A DNA stretch of 64,000 nt from Flavobacteriales bacterium. GTDB lineage: Bacteria > Bacteroidota > Bacteroidia > NS11-12g > UBA955. The position numbers were made by a program, and so were the translations under genes. Under the pieces are notes generated by a model that was not told where the DNA came from, searched no databases, and worked only from the letters and a program-made list of their open reading frames with translations. The stretch is from NCBI GenBank assembly GCA_947447955.1, contig CANFLS010000002.1, positions 9,072 to 73,071 of the forward strand, read 5' to 3'. Of the stretch, positions 36,101 through 43,781 are shown piece by piece (the stretch's first letter is position 1; each line of letters begins with the position of its first letter).

Positions 36101-36869
36101 AACCGGAACCTATTTTGATACATTAAAGAGTTTGTGGGGATGTGATTCGGTAATCAACTCAACCGTTGTGGTTCACCCAAAATACGACACCACTGCCGTT
36201 TACATACTCTGCGGAGACAGCACTGTGGTGATTAACAACGTTCCTTATTCTAAAAATACCAGTTTCAATTTCAAACACACTTCTTTTGCCGGGTGCGATT
36301 CCATGGTGCGGTACAGAATTTTAAAAACCAAATTGACTCCAGACTTTGCCATTGATTCTAGTCAGGTTCCAGAATTTACGTTCACCAATGCATCACGAGA
36401 TGCCATTAAATTCCTTTGGAGCTTTGATGATGGCTACAAAGATTCAACCCGTGCTAAATTAACTTATCAATTTAACAAAATCGACAACTTGCATCGCATT
36501 TGTTTGCGCGTCACCGACAGCTTGGGCTGCATCGATTCAACTTGCATTGACATCCCTCCATCAAAAATATCTTTTGATTTATACAACAGTTTTAGTCCCA
36601 ATGGCGACGGAATCAACGATCAGTTTGCTGTGATGTCGAAGGGCAAAGATTTGCAATACGATTTGATGATATTCAACCGTTGGGGAGCCAAAGTTTACGA
36701 AGTGGAACATGCTTACACCCGCCAACCCAATTTATATTGGAATGGAAGGGTGATGAACAACGGCGCGGAATGTCCTGCCGCCACTTATTTCGCCCTCTAC
36801 ACCCTCTACCTAAACGGCCCCAACAACCCACCATCAATCATCCACGGAACGGTGATGTTGGTGAGATAA
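33123..36869 (+). CDS. Large T9SS type-B (CHU_C/gliding-associated) C-terminal-domain protein with about six Cys-containing tandem repeats. A cell-surface adhesin-like protein.
   Basis: C-terminus 'FSPNGDGINDQF...IFNRWGAKVYE' is a type-B sorting domain. Residues around 800-1050 carry about six repeats of roughly 45 aa with a conserved 'GCDS(x)V' motif. Confidence 0.6.
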   Translation: MLTNAISTIFETSLNIATTYINQSKKWIVLLLYPLFCSTTLLAQNTYVKSNPFPTDYFIQNKGQWNHEDSSIGYILWNGIHNVHLFKNKPGFTWKFTQVKMHKEDHENEFSEIESEYEKERERELEAGNGKEKSDELTQVFLNANPNPEIVVEKPSDFYWTYGPEKWNSIGFKRITYKNIYPFIDVYYETCNNPALGNFKYGFILHPGANPNHIQMQLKGAKFKNLKENSIQYVAKEFTLFDSGWNAVQNEKNIPLKLKLSKSLSNLKNTLQINLNCPNPIQSETYIDPYVKVIDSFLDAPRNYYNFENLVSQMDYDSDDNTLVMSQNERYPLVAKYNKNGKLQWLFSGQLPLINWYSSVYTYYAPGAIIMDRNNKKLYIGPGFKPYGNGPQLIRLDTKGNHDNFLSQARADAPELWDLNINCKLNKIVVSGGGIMAPVNMTLISKDTSTLKPNVYRITSDTKNIGQDIIRSIIDFENNYFVLINYSKLTMKYDSIGQPIGSYWKDYRGLILANDSFNGPKYEIDISPYFVFHEYSNFTKMNTITNRFNGLAVNDSFVFIYDGKVLMVNEKFTGKIRCIDSVAWHKGRRGHLGQSGIAADNCNHVFLGGDSANVLVYTFAKNKLKLDTTIYLFKPAKIRKVIDIRLNELSNQLFVAGDSFTASFPNPFAKSCSVVRTFKVDTILTSKCQGNFIAKIPNADSITDYTFQWTKLNAKNQPIVQLFTGSKHFYDTLKNPNPGDTFELLVAKNYFCNGEYQKFIFTTGKIHNIDVYDTLCAGAIYTNRKHKIYKDSTFPYTLSNRYKCDSVVTYHIHFKDTSSTYQKVVRCRGDSLKVGKHVYTNAGFFKDTLVNKFGCDSFVYSKFSIASDTVYLKEHVCNTYIYKLGDSTFYKPGNYKVVFRSSKGCDSMVIAKITMSRDTAVRIKPTICQGDSFVLRGLKYVLSGNYQVKLPRFDGCDSTIRIALSVKPKSFIQNKISLCFGDSLIVGKHNYKKTGTYFDTLKSLWGCDSVINSTVVVHPKYDTTAVYILCGDSTVVINNVPYSKNTSFNFKHTSFAGCDSMVRYRILKTKLTPDFAIDSSQVPEFTFTNASRDAIKFLWSFDDGYKDSTRAKLTYQFNKIDNLHRICLRVTDSLGCIDSTCIDIPPSKISFDLYNSFSPNGDGINDQFAVMSKGKDLQYDLMIFNRWGAKVYEVEHAYTRQPNLYWNGRVMNNGAECPAATYFALYTLYLNGPNNPPSIIHGTVMLVR

Positions 36870-36882
36870 AGGTAGGGGGGGA

Positions 36883-37359
36883 TTAGTTTGGTAATTTACG
36901 ATTTGTCCATCCAGATTTCAAAGAATTAACCTTTACAGGATTCAAATTGAATTTATGCAACTCAAATAAATGATTGTATATTAATTCATATGCAAATACT
37001 GCCTTTTCAAATCCATCGGCACCGATATAATCAGGTTGAGGTTTTGACTTTCCAGCTGAATCAAATAAATATCTGGCCCTTCGAGATAGTAATTGTAATT
37101 TCTCATATGCAATACCAACCTCACTCGGAAGTTTTGCTTTGCTTCCATCATTTGAATGGTGTATGATATTCTGAACCGAAACATGGGTATAATAATATCC
37201 ACCATCTGTTTCTTTGATATGAGAATTTACCAAATGCAAGGCTGAATAAAAAAGTGCAGTAACCTGCCAATCCCAAAATTTTTCAGGGGTCAAATTCAAT
37301 GTCTCAACAAGTTTAAGATTCCTTTCCGCTTGACGATAATGAAAAACAGATTTTGGCAT
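36883..37359 (-). CDS. Hypothetical protein
   Basis: ORF immediately following the stop of 37364..37840, with the start taken at 'MPKS'. No motif recognised. Confidence 0.35.
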   Translation of the reverse strand: MPKSVFHYRQAERNLKLVETLNLTPEKFWDWQVTALFYSALHLVNSHIKETDGGYYYTHVSVQNIIHHSNDGSKAKLPSEVGIAYEKLQLLSRRARYLFDSAGKSKPQPDYIGADGFEKAVFAYELIYNHLFELHKFNLNPVKVNSLKSGWTNRKLPN

Positions 37360-37363
37360 AAAG

Positions 37364-37840
37364 TTAAAGTACTTTAAAATGCGCAGGAACAGATAAATTA
37401 TCTGATTGCTCAACAATCATTGGTGATAGGGAAATTCCACTATCTCTGTGTTCAAAATTTGCATCAATGACAGATGCTAAAATAGCTTCCATAGTTTCGT
37501 CATCTCCATCAGCTATTTCGGCCCAAATATACACTTTATTATTCTTTTGACTTAACGCCAATTTATGTGGCTTCGATTTGTGTATTGCCTTTAAATTTTG
37601 AATAAAACTTAAAGCAATTTGAACACCTAGTATTTCATTGTTATTATTTTGATTCACTTTAAGCATTGGCAGATAATTGCCTTTTAAAATTTGTTCCCAA
37701 ATTTCTTTTTTTTGCGTAGGAGCCACACCAGCAGTTATTTCCAACTCTTCTCCTTTAATATATGCAGCAACTTGATCAATAAAATAATCAAAGCCTGTTT
37801 CTTTATTTTTTGTGTTGATGATTTCTGTTTCCATACGCAT
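37364..37840 (-). CDS. Hypothetical protein
   Basis: 158-aa ORF forming a two-gene unit with 36883..37359. Confidence 0.35.
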   Translation of the reverse strand: MRMETEIINTKNKETGFDYFIDQVAAYIKGEELEITAGVAPTQKKEIWEQILKGNYLPMLKVNQNNNNEILGVQIALSFIQNLKAIHKSKPHKLALSQKNNKVYIWAEIADGDDETMEAILASVIDANFEHRDSGISLSPMIVEQSDNLSVPAHFKVL

Positions 37841-37936
37841 TACAAATTTGCAACATTTTTTTTAAAATCAGTGTATTATATAATTCAAAGTGAATACTTT
37901 AACTGTAAAATTATTTGCGAAAAACGCAAAATAACA

Positions 37937-38008
37937 ACCCCATAGCCTCCGCTGCTTCGCAGCTAGCGGGCTTTTTCCTGAATCCCTCTCTCAAACTTCG
38001 TTTGGAAC
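37937..38008. repeat. Copy A (3' half) of a hairpin-containing ~115-bp repeat family
   Basis: 'agcctccgctgcttcgcagctagcgggctttttc...ccctctctcaaacttcgtttgga' is nearly identical to the copies at 43322..43574. Confidence 0.7.
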
Positions 38009-38155
38009 CTTAAATATCCCTCATGATTAATATTGAGCATATTGATGTGTAATATTATATCTAATTACATATAATCTAAATAAAAAATATAAAAATGTAT
38101 GTAATTGCATATAATTAGAATATTTTCACTATTTTTGTATGTAAAAACATATAAT

Positions 38156-38353
38156 ATGAGTGAATTATCAGACTTTGTGAAGACCCGAAGAAAGCATTTA
38201 GGCTTGACGCAGGAAGAGTTTGCAGAAAAAGCAGGAGTTGCACTTACAGTGGTTAGAAAGATTGAACAAGACAAAGAAAACCTTAGTTTGTCAAAAGTCA
38301 ATCAGGTATTAATGATGTTTGGGTATAGTATAGGACCAGTTAAATCCAATTAA
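38156..38353 (+). CDS. XRE-family HTH protein, HipB-like component of a tripartite Hip toxin-antitoxin module
   Basis: 'LGLTQEEFAEKAGVALTVVRKIEQ' HTH. It lies immediately upstream of the HipA-N and HipA-C genes. Confidence 0.65.
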   Translation: MSELSDFVKTRRKHLGLTQEEFAEKAGVALTVVRKIEQDKENLSLSKVNQVLMMFGYSIGPVKSN

Positions 38354-38355
38354 AA

Positions 38356-38691
38356 ATGCGAAAAGCAATCATAAAATACAATAACAACTTGGCCGGAATT
38401 TTAACCGAAGAAGACAATGGAGAGTACCAGTTCGTTTATGATGAAACGTATGCTCAAACTTTTCCCAACCAATTCATTACCTTCCAAATGCCGGTAACAA
38501 CAAGACCATATAGAAGCAAAATACTTTTTCCTTTTTTTGATGGACTAATACCGGAAGGATGGCTTTTAAATATTGCTGCTGAAAGTTGGAAAATCAACAA
38601 AAATGACCGCATGGGATTGCTCCTTGCCTGTTGTCAAAATGCGATAGGTGCGGTAAGTATTCATCCAATTAAAATAGAAACAAATGCATAA
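38356..38691 (+). CDS. HipA N-terminal subdomain protein (HipS-like antitoxin component)
   Basis: 111 aa resembling the HipA N-terminal 'couple_hipA' region. It overlaps the next ORF by 8 nt. Confidence 0.6.
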   Translation: MRKAIIKYNNNLAGILTEEDNGEYQFVYDETYAQTFPNQFITFQMPVTTRPYRSKILFPFFDGLIPEGWLLNIAAESWKINKNDRMGLLLACCQNAIGAVSIHPIKIETNA

Positions 38692-39628
38692 ATGTTTATA
38701 TTGTTATCTGCCCTTAGATAAAACTGAAGTTGATTACCACGCAAAGTGCAGTAAAGCATTCTACGGATCAAAATATGCACCCGTATTACCCTACCAATTA
38801 TCAGAGATGGAAAAATTGGCAACGGAAGCAGCCCAACTATCCATTACCGTTCCGGGAGTACAACCCAAATTATCATTAGGTTGGCTTAAAACACAATTAG
38901 AAGATGGACACATGGGTAGATTAAACATTATGAATGCGTTAGATGGGAACTACATATTAAAACCTCAAAATTCTCTTTATCCTCAAATGCCAGAAAATGA
39001 ACATCTTTCTATGAAACTGGCAGAACTATTTAAAATTGACGTTGTGCCTGTGAGCATGATTCGTTTACAGTCGGGAGAACTCTGTTTTATTACCAAACGA
39101 ATTGATAGAAATTCGGATGGATCAAAAAACCACATGATTGATTTTCTGCAAATTTTAGAACTCTCAGACAAATACAAAGGAACCACAGAAGCATTGGGAA
39201 AAACGATTGGAGATTTATCCGTAAACACATTATTCGACAAACTCCGTTTTTTTGAATCTGTAGTATTCAACTTTATCATTGGAAATAACGATATGCATCT
39301 AAAAAACTATTCCATGTTTATATCTGAAATGGGTTGGGTATTATCGCCATTTTATGACCTACTGAATGTGAAAATAATATTACCCAAAGACAAAGAAGAC
39401 ACGGCTTTGCTACTTGGTGGAAAAAAAGAAAACTTCAAAAAAGGGTATTTTGATCAACTTGCATTGGTGTTGAATTTAAATGAAAAACAAACAAAAGGGG
39501 TATACAAGAAATTACAAAAATGGTTACCGCTCGCAATTCAATTGATTGAAATATCATTTCTAGAAGCTGAACTCCAAGAATCCTATAAAAAATTGATTAC
39601 CGAGCGCGTAAAGCTTTTCACTAAATAA
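38684..39628 (+). CDS. HipA-family Ser/Thr kinase domain protein (HipT-like toxin component)
   Basis: HipA catalytic motif 'GNNDMHLKNYS' and the 'LSPFYDLL' region. It also has an N-terminal Cys-rich stretch 'CLYCYLPLDKTEVDYHAKC'. Confidence 0.7.
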   Translation: MHKCLYCYLPLDKTEVDYHAKCSKAFYGSKYAPVLPYQLSEMEKLATEAAQLSITVPGVQPKLSLGWLKTQLEDGHMGRLNIMNALDGNYILKPQNSLYPQMPENEHLSMKLAELFKIDVVPVSMIRLQSGELCFITKRIDRNSDGSKNHMIDFLQILELSDKYKGTTEALGKTIGDLSVNTLFDKLRFFESVVFNFIIGNNDMHLKNYSMFISEMGWVLSPFYDLLNVKIILPKDKEDTALLLGGKKENFKKGYFDQLALVLNLNEKQTKGVYKKLQKWLPLAIQLIEISFLEAELQESYKKLITERVKLFTK

Positions 39629-39666
39629 CAAAGGCCCTAGATTGCTCTGAGGCCTTTGTTTTATTG
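39629..39666 (+). terminator. Rho-independent terminator after the hip operon
   Basis: 'aaaggccctagattgctctgaggccttt' followed by 'gttttatt'. Confidence 0.5.
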
Positions 39667-39680
39667 ATCGGGATGACTGG

Positions 39681-39780
39681 ATTATCCTCGATAATCTTAG
39701 CAGATTATCTTCGATGATCTCGGTGGGGGTGGTGAATCAACAAAAAAGCCTTCGCTGCTTCGCAGCTTTTGGCTTTCTTC
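39681..39780. repeat. Copy B of the ~115-bp repeat family (diverged)
   Basis: 'tatcctcgataatcttagcagattatcttcgatgatctcggtgggggtggtgaatcaacaaaaaagccttcgctgcttcgcagctttt' aligns with 43437..43540. Confidence 0.6.
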
Positions 39781-40498
39781 AATTGGCTAAATTATCGGCT
39801 GACTTCAACACTATCGCTTTTAGCATTCTCCCAAATAACTCTCAAACGCACATTTTTAGACAAAACGCACAAAAACCAATAAAACCTTACATTTATTATT
39901 AAAACCATGCCAATTCCATAAAGATTGCAAATGTGTGAGGAACGGACCAGAAGGATTGAAAATAACAGTCTCAGGCTGCTGAAATTGAAGGAAGAACAAA
40001 AGCTGACCGATCAGGAAGCGCTGAAGATTGGGATAAAAGTAGTGGCGGGAATTGCTATTTTTAGAGGTCTGGTTTCGCTATTGGATTCAAAGCCTCCCCC
40101 CAAAACCTAATTTTGTCAATTTTCGAAAATAGGAGTATATTTTCCAAAAAGGATACACGGTAAAACACCCCAATTAAAACAAGAGTCATTCGTGAAAACA
40201 TTTGAATATGAAATATTTACATATTCACCTTATCGGAATTCTTAAAATAATTTTGAAGAAATTTGTTTTTTATTTATTTATTTTATATGTTCGTTTTGTG
40301 ATTCCTACAAAATAATACGTTACAAGTTTTGAAATCATTACATTCTTTACCGCAAGGTCGAACTCCTTTACATATTTTTCCTAGCATAGATTTGAATATG
40401 CAAATATTTAAAATCTTTAATATTAGAAATCCCGATTCATGTTTTCAAAATCAACAACATATTGTTTAAAAAACGACAGCCCTTGCCCACAAAAAAAG

Positions 40499-40750
40499 AT
40501 GACATACTCAAACAAAATGCATGGTCTGTTGAATGCCTTTTTTTTAAGTTTGGTTATTTTGAACTTGGTTCTAGCCTCATGCACAAGATGTGACTGTAAA
40601 GAGACATTTGACAGCAACAAAGTGTACCATAAAGGAGACCTTGTTATATATTCAGGGAAATGTTGGAAAGCTGTTACACAAGGTCAGGGAATAGTTCCGG
40701 GGCCTTGGCAGCAAAATGGCAATGATATTTGGACGGAATGCATGAAATAA
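40499..40750 (+). CDS. Small lipoprotein with a CBM5/12-like carbohydrate-binding motif
   Basis: Lipobox 'LVLASC'. 'YHKGDLVIYSGKCWKAVTQGQG..PGPWQQNGNDIWTEC' resembles the CBM5/12 consensus (W...Y..GD.V.Y.G..Y.A......G..P). Confidence 0.4.
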   Translation: MTYSNKMHGLLNAFFLSLVILNLVLASCTRCDCKETFDSNKVYHKGDLVIYSGKCWKAVTQGQGIVPGPWQQNGNDIWTECMK

Positions 40751-40770
40751 AATCTAATAAAAACTGATAT

Positions 40771-41475
40771 ATGAAAATGGTCAAATTTAGAATACTTGGA
40801 TTTATGATTCTTAATTCATATATATCATTTGGAGCTGCACAGGAGCGCAATTCAATTAGCTTGGGTAGCAACTTTGTAACGATTGGAGGGCCTAATAGTT
40901 ATTTTCATACTCCGTCTTTTACTAGTTCCCCTTATGTTGATGCTGGAATTACTGCAGAATATGCCAAGCGCCTCTTTCTTAAATCTGAAACTTCTGCTGT
41001 AAGTGGTGACACTTTTAAAAATAAGAAAATCAACACGCAAAGATGGTTTACAGAAATTGGTGTAAGAATAAATTATACAAGATATGGAATCACTGCCACC
41101 ACCAAAATACCATTCGACCAGGATTTTATTTGTTCAACTAAGAGATTATCTATCAATCTTGTGCAAGCTGTAAACTTTAATCTATCAAAATCGGTCATTA
41201 TTAATATTAGTCTTTTGGAAGGATTTGCGTTTAGTGAGGTTACAGGTGACACCCTTGTATCAAGGAAGTATGGATTAATAGATGAACAAGGCAATTCGAA
41301 TCTTCGAAGTTTTTCTTTAGACATAAATGGGAGTTTATCATTCATAATTATTCCAAAGCTTTACTTTAACATTGGGTATACAAATGGCTTACTGAATATT
41401 ATTAAAATGGGTGAATCAAATTACCCTGTTTCAAAGGAATTTTACCCATATTTAAGAATAACCAAAACATTTTAA
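40771..41475 (+). CDS. Hypothetical outer-membrane beta-barrel-like protein
   Basis: Signal peptide 'MKMVKFRILGFMILNSYISFGAAQ', alternating hydrophobic beta-strand pattern, and a C-terminal aromatic residue ('...RITKTF'). Confidence 0.4.
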   Translation: MKMVKFRILGFMILNSYISFGAAQERNSISLGSNFVTIGGPNSYFHTPSFTSSPYVDAGITAEYAKRLFLKSETSAVSGDTFKNKKINTQRWFTEIGVRINYTRYGITATTKIPFDQDFICSTKRLSINLVQAVNFNLSKSVIINISLLEGFAFSEVTGDTLVSRKYGLIDEQGNSNLRSFSLDINGSLSFIIIPKLYFNIGYTNGLLNIIKMGESNYPVSKEFYPYLRITKTF

Positions 41476-41581
41476 TATAAAAACTGTATTAATCGGAGTT
41501 GTATTCACTCTAACCGCCCTTAAGGTTAATTTTACTAGCGCTCAAGAGATAAGAGCATTTCAAAAAACGAGTATTAAGGAA

Positions 41582-42958
41582 TTGCATAATATTGAAAAAG
41601 GATCAAACGGAAGATACCTTGTTGGGGGGAACTTTAATTCAAAGCTTGATTTTTTATCAATCCACGATAGCTGTACCACTTTCACAAGTGCCTTTTTTGC
41701 AGAGATGGACTCATCTAGTAATAACCTAAAGTATAATAAGGTTTCATCTTCGGGATATATAAGGGTTATAAAAGCTGGACTTTCAGGAAGTTCTGGCTCT
41801 TGGGGGCTAATACTATTCAATAAAAGTTTACAAATTGGGACTAAAACAATATTCATAGGTGAGAAATGGGGAATATCACTTTTAATATTTAGTGATTCAG
41901 TCAGTGATTTACTGATTGATTCAGGAAGTAACTTTGATGTGGTTGAGGCAAGAGTAAACAATGGAAAATGTAATGTACTCTACGGAAAAACTGGAAGTAC
42001 GGCATTTCTTTTTAGCGCAATTAGCATGGATATTAATGCAAAAATATCAAGTACTTCGATTGCAAGAACCGTGTCATATACGGACTTTTTAAGTGCATAT
42101 ATCATAGATGACAATAAGTTTTATCTGATAGGTCGATCAGAAGATGAAATAAAAGTTAATTTTTTTGAGTCGAAAAACAATAATTGGAGGAACGCACTCA
42201 TCGGTCTTCCGGGATTAAGGTTTATCAGCTCATATCACTCTGGAAATTTTGCCAATCTTATTATTCAAAGGGAAGATTCTATAATTCTTGAGTCGATTGA
42301 TTTTGGTAATTCAAGCAATCAGTTAAAGGAGATTTACTTGTTTAAAGGTGATAAGGTAAATATTAAAGCAATCAGCCAAGGAGCATCTCTATATTATATA
42401 GGTACGGCCAATTCTTATGTTAGTGCAGAGAGCGCACCAATATACATTTCTTCTGACTCGAATTCTTTTGTTGCTATAGACTTTGAATCTGATGGATTAA
42501 TTGATACTCTTTTGAGTTTGAATGTAAAAAACATTTTTGACTACTTAATATTCAATGAATATACAATAATATATATGGATGAATTGAATGAGAATACAAT
42601 ATCAGCTGAGAATCAGTTCCTCATTCCTGGTTTGACAACTTCCATTGGATTTTCCTCAATTTCAGGCAAAATTCCTTATACCCAACATTCTAAACCTTTA
42701 CCAACAGCATGTGCAAAGAATAAAAATATTGGAACTGTGATTCCAAATCCATCCAAAGCGAATTTTGGGTTTCAACTTAACGATTGGAAATTGATTGAAC
42801 TCAAATCGATAATTGTCTTTGATATTAATGGCAGAACTGTGCAAAACAGAGTGGAATTAAATAAAATATGGGTCGAAATGCCTGGAACTTACATAATTCA
42901 ATATAAATATTTTGAGTCCAATATTTTATACAGAAAAAAAGTGGTTGTTACCGACTAA
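41582..42958 (+). CDS. Hypothetical protein with a possible T9SS type-A C-terminal sorting domain
   Basis: The C-terminal roughly 80 aa ('IIVFDINGRTVQNRVELNKIWVEMPGTYIIQYKYFES') is CTD-like. The true start and signal peptide are uncertain. Confidence 0.4.
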   Translation: MHNIEKGSNGRYLVGGNFNSKLDFLSIHDSCTTFTSAFFAEMDSSSNNLKYNKVSSSGYIRVIKAGLSGSSGSWGLILFNKSLQIGTKTIFIGEKWGISLLIFSDSVSDLLIDSGSNFDVVEARVNNGKCNVLYGKTGSTAFLFSAISMDINAKISSTSIARTVSYTDFLSAYIIDDNKFYLIGRSEDEIKVNFFESKNNNWRNALIGLPGLRFISSYHSGNFANLIIQREDSIILESIDFGNSSNQLKEIYLFKGDKVNIKAISQGASLYYIGTANSYVSAESAPIYISSDSNSFVAIDFESDGLIDTLLSLNVKNIFDYLIFNEYTIIYMDELNENTISAENQFLIPGLTTSIGFSSISGKIPYTQHSKPLPTACAKNKNIGTVIPNPSKANFGFQLNDWKLIELKSIIVFDINGRTVQNRVELNKIWVEMPGTYIIQYKYFESNILYRKKVVVTD

Positions 42959-43321
42959 GGTCTCCCACAATATCAACTTCGTCACCGTCTTTTCCATTTA
43001 CTTCAATGATGATTTAAATATCATCCATGACCTATGCGGTCTCTGAACGCCACCACATCCGTTGGAACACATGGACTAGTTGGAGAAAACTCATTTGCCC
43101 CAAATTTTCTGTGTGTTTTATCATCCGTTTTTGCAAGGTTTTTCCCTATTTCTCTCAAATCTTGCAATTTTGAACACATATTTCGTTCACATCCTGTACA
43201 TTGGGCTTATATCCTTGCCCTTTTCAAGGGTCGACTAACTAATTTGAACTATGTTTGAAACATCATTAACAAACAAGACTTCCAGTTTCCCGAAAGCTTT
43301 GTCCTGATTGAGTATGGATTG

Positions 43322-43436
43322 CGAGATTATCTCCAATGATCTCGTGGGGGTGGTGGCTCAACCCAAAAGCCTCCGCTGCTTCGCAGCTAGCGGGCTTTTT
43401 CATGCATCCCTCTCTCAAACTTCGTTTGGATTCGGT
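43322..43436. repeat. Copy D1 of the ~115-bp repeat family (tandem with D2)
   Basis: 'agattatctccaatgatctcgtgggggtggtggctcaacccaaaagcctccgctgcttcgcagctagcgggctttttcatgcatccctctctcaaacttcgtttggattcggtc'. Confidence 0.8.
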
Positions 43437-43574
43437 CGAGACTATCCTCGATAATCTTAACAGATTATCTCCAATGATCTCGTGGGGGTGGTGGCTCAAC
43501 CCAAAAGCCTGCGCAGCTTCGCAGCTAGCGGGCTTTTTCATGCATCCCTCTCTCAAACTTCGTTTGGATTCGGT
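43437..43574. repeat. Copy D2 of the repeat family
   Basis: Near-identical to D1, with an additional 5' segment shared with copy B ('tatcctcgataatcttaacagattatctcc'). Confidence 0.8.
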
Positions 43575-43579
43575 CTGCA

Positions 43580-43612
43580 TGAAAAAGCCCTACGCTTCGC
43601 GTAAGGCTTTTT
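43580..43612 (-). terminator. Rho-independent terminator downstream of tRNA-Pro
   Basis: On the minus strand: 'aagccttacgcgaagcgtagggcttttt'. Confidence 0.55.
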
Positions 43613-43615
43613 TGT

Positions 43616-43692
43616 TGGTCGGGATGGCGAGATTCGAACTCACGACCCCTTGCACCCCATGCAAGTGCGCTACCGGGCTGCGCTACATCCCG
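43616..43692 (-). tRNA. tRNA-Pro (anticodon GGG)
   Basis: Reverse complement 'CGGGATGTAGCGCAGCCCGGTAGCGCACTTGCATGGGGTGCAAGGGGTCGTGAGTTCGAATCTCGCCATCCCGACCA'. It is similar to E. coli proL, with anticodon loop 'ATGGGGT'. Confidence 0.85.
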
Positions 43693-43781
43693 ATTGTGTT
43701 GCTAGTTTTACTAACTCCGGTAATTGCGCATGGGAACGGGTCTCCCCTAAAGGGACGGCAAAATTAATATTTTTTTTTCAA

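Noticed and set aside
39714-40110. Small ORFs 39714..39902 and 39925..40110
   Set aside because: They overlap repeat copy B or are low-complexity with no start context. No support exists for them as genes.
43034-43258. ORF 43034..43258 (74 aa)
   Set aside because: It lies in the repeat and intergenic zone next to tRNA-Pro. It has no recognisable features and is probably spurious.
43266-43767. ORFs 43266..43580 (-) and 43336..43767 (+) with internally repeated amino-acid sequence
   Set aside because: They are translations of the tandem ~115-bp DNA repeat, with internal duplication at the DNA level, and they run across the tRNA-Pro gene. I treat them as non-coding repeat and tRNA sequence.
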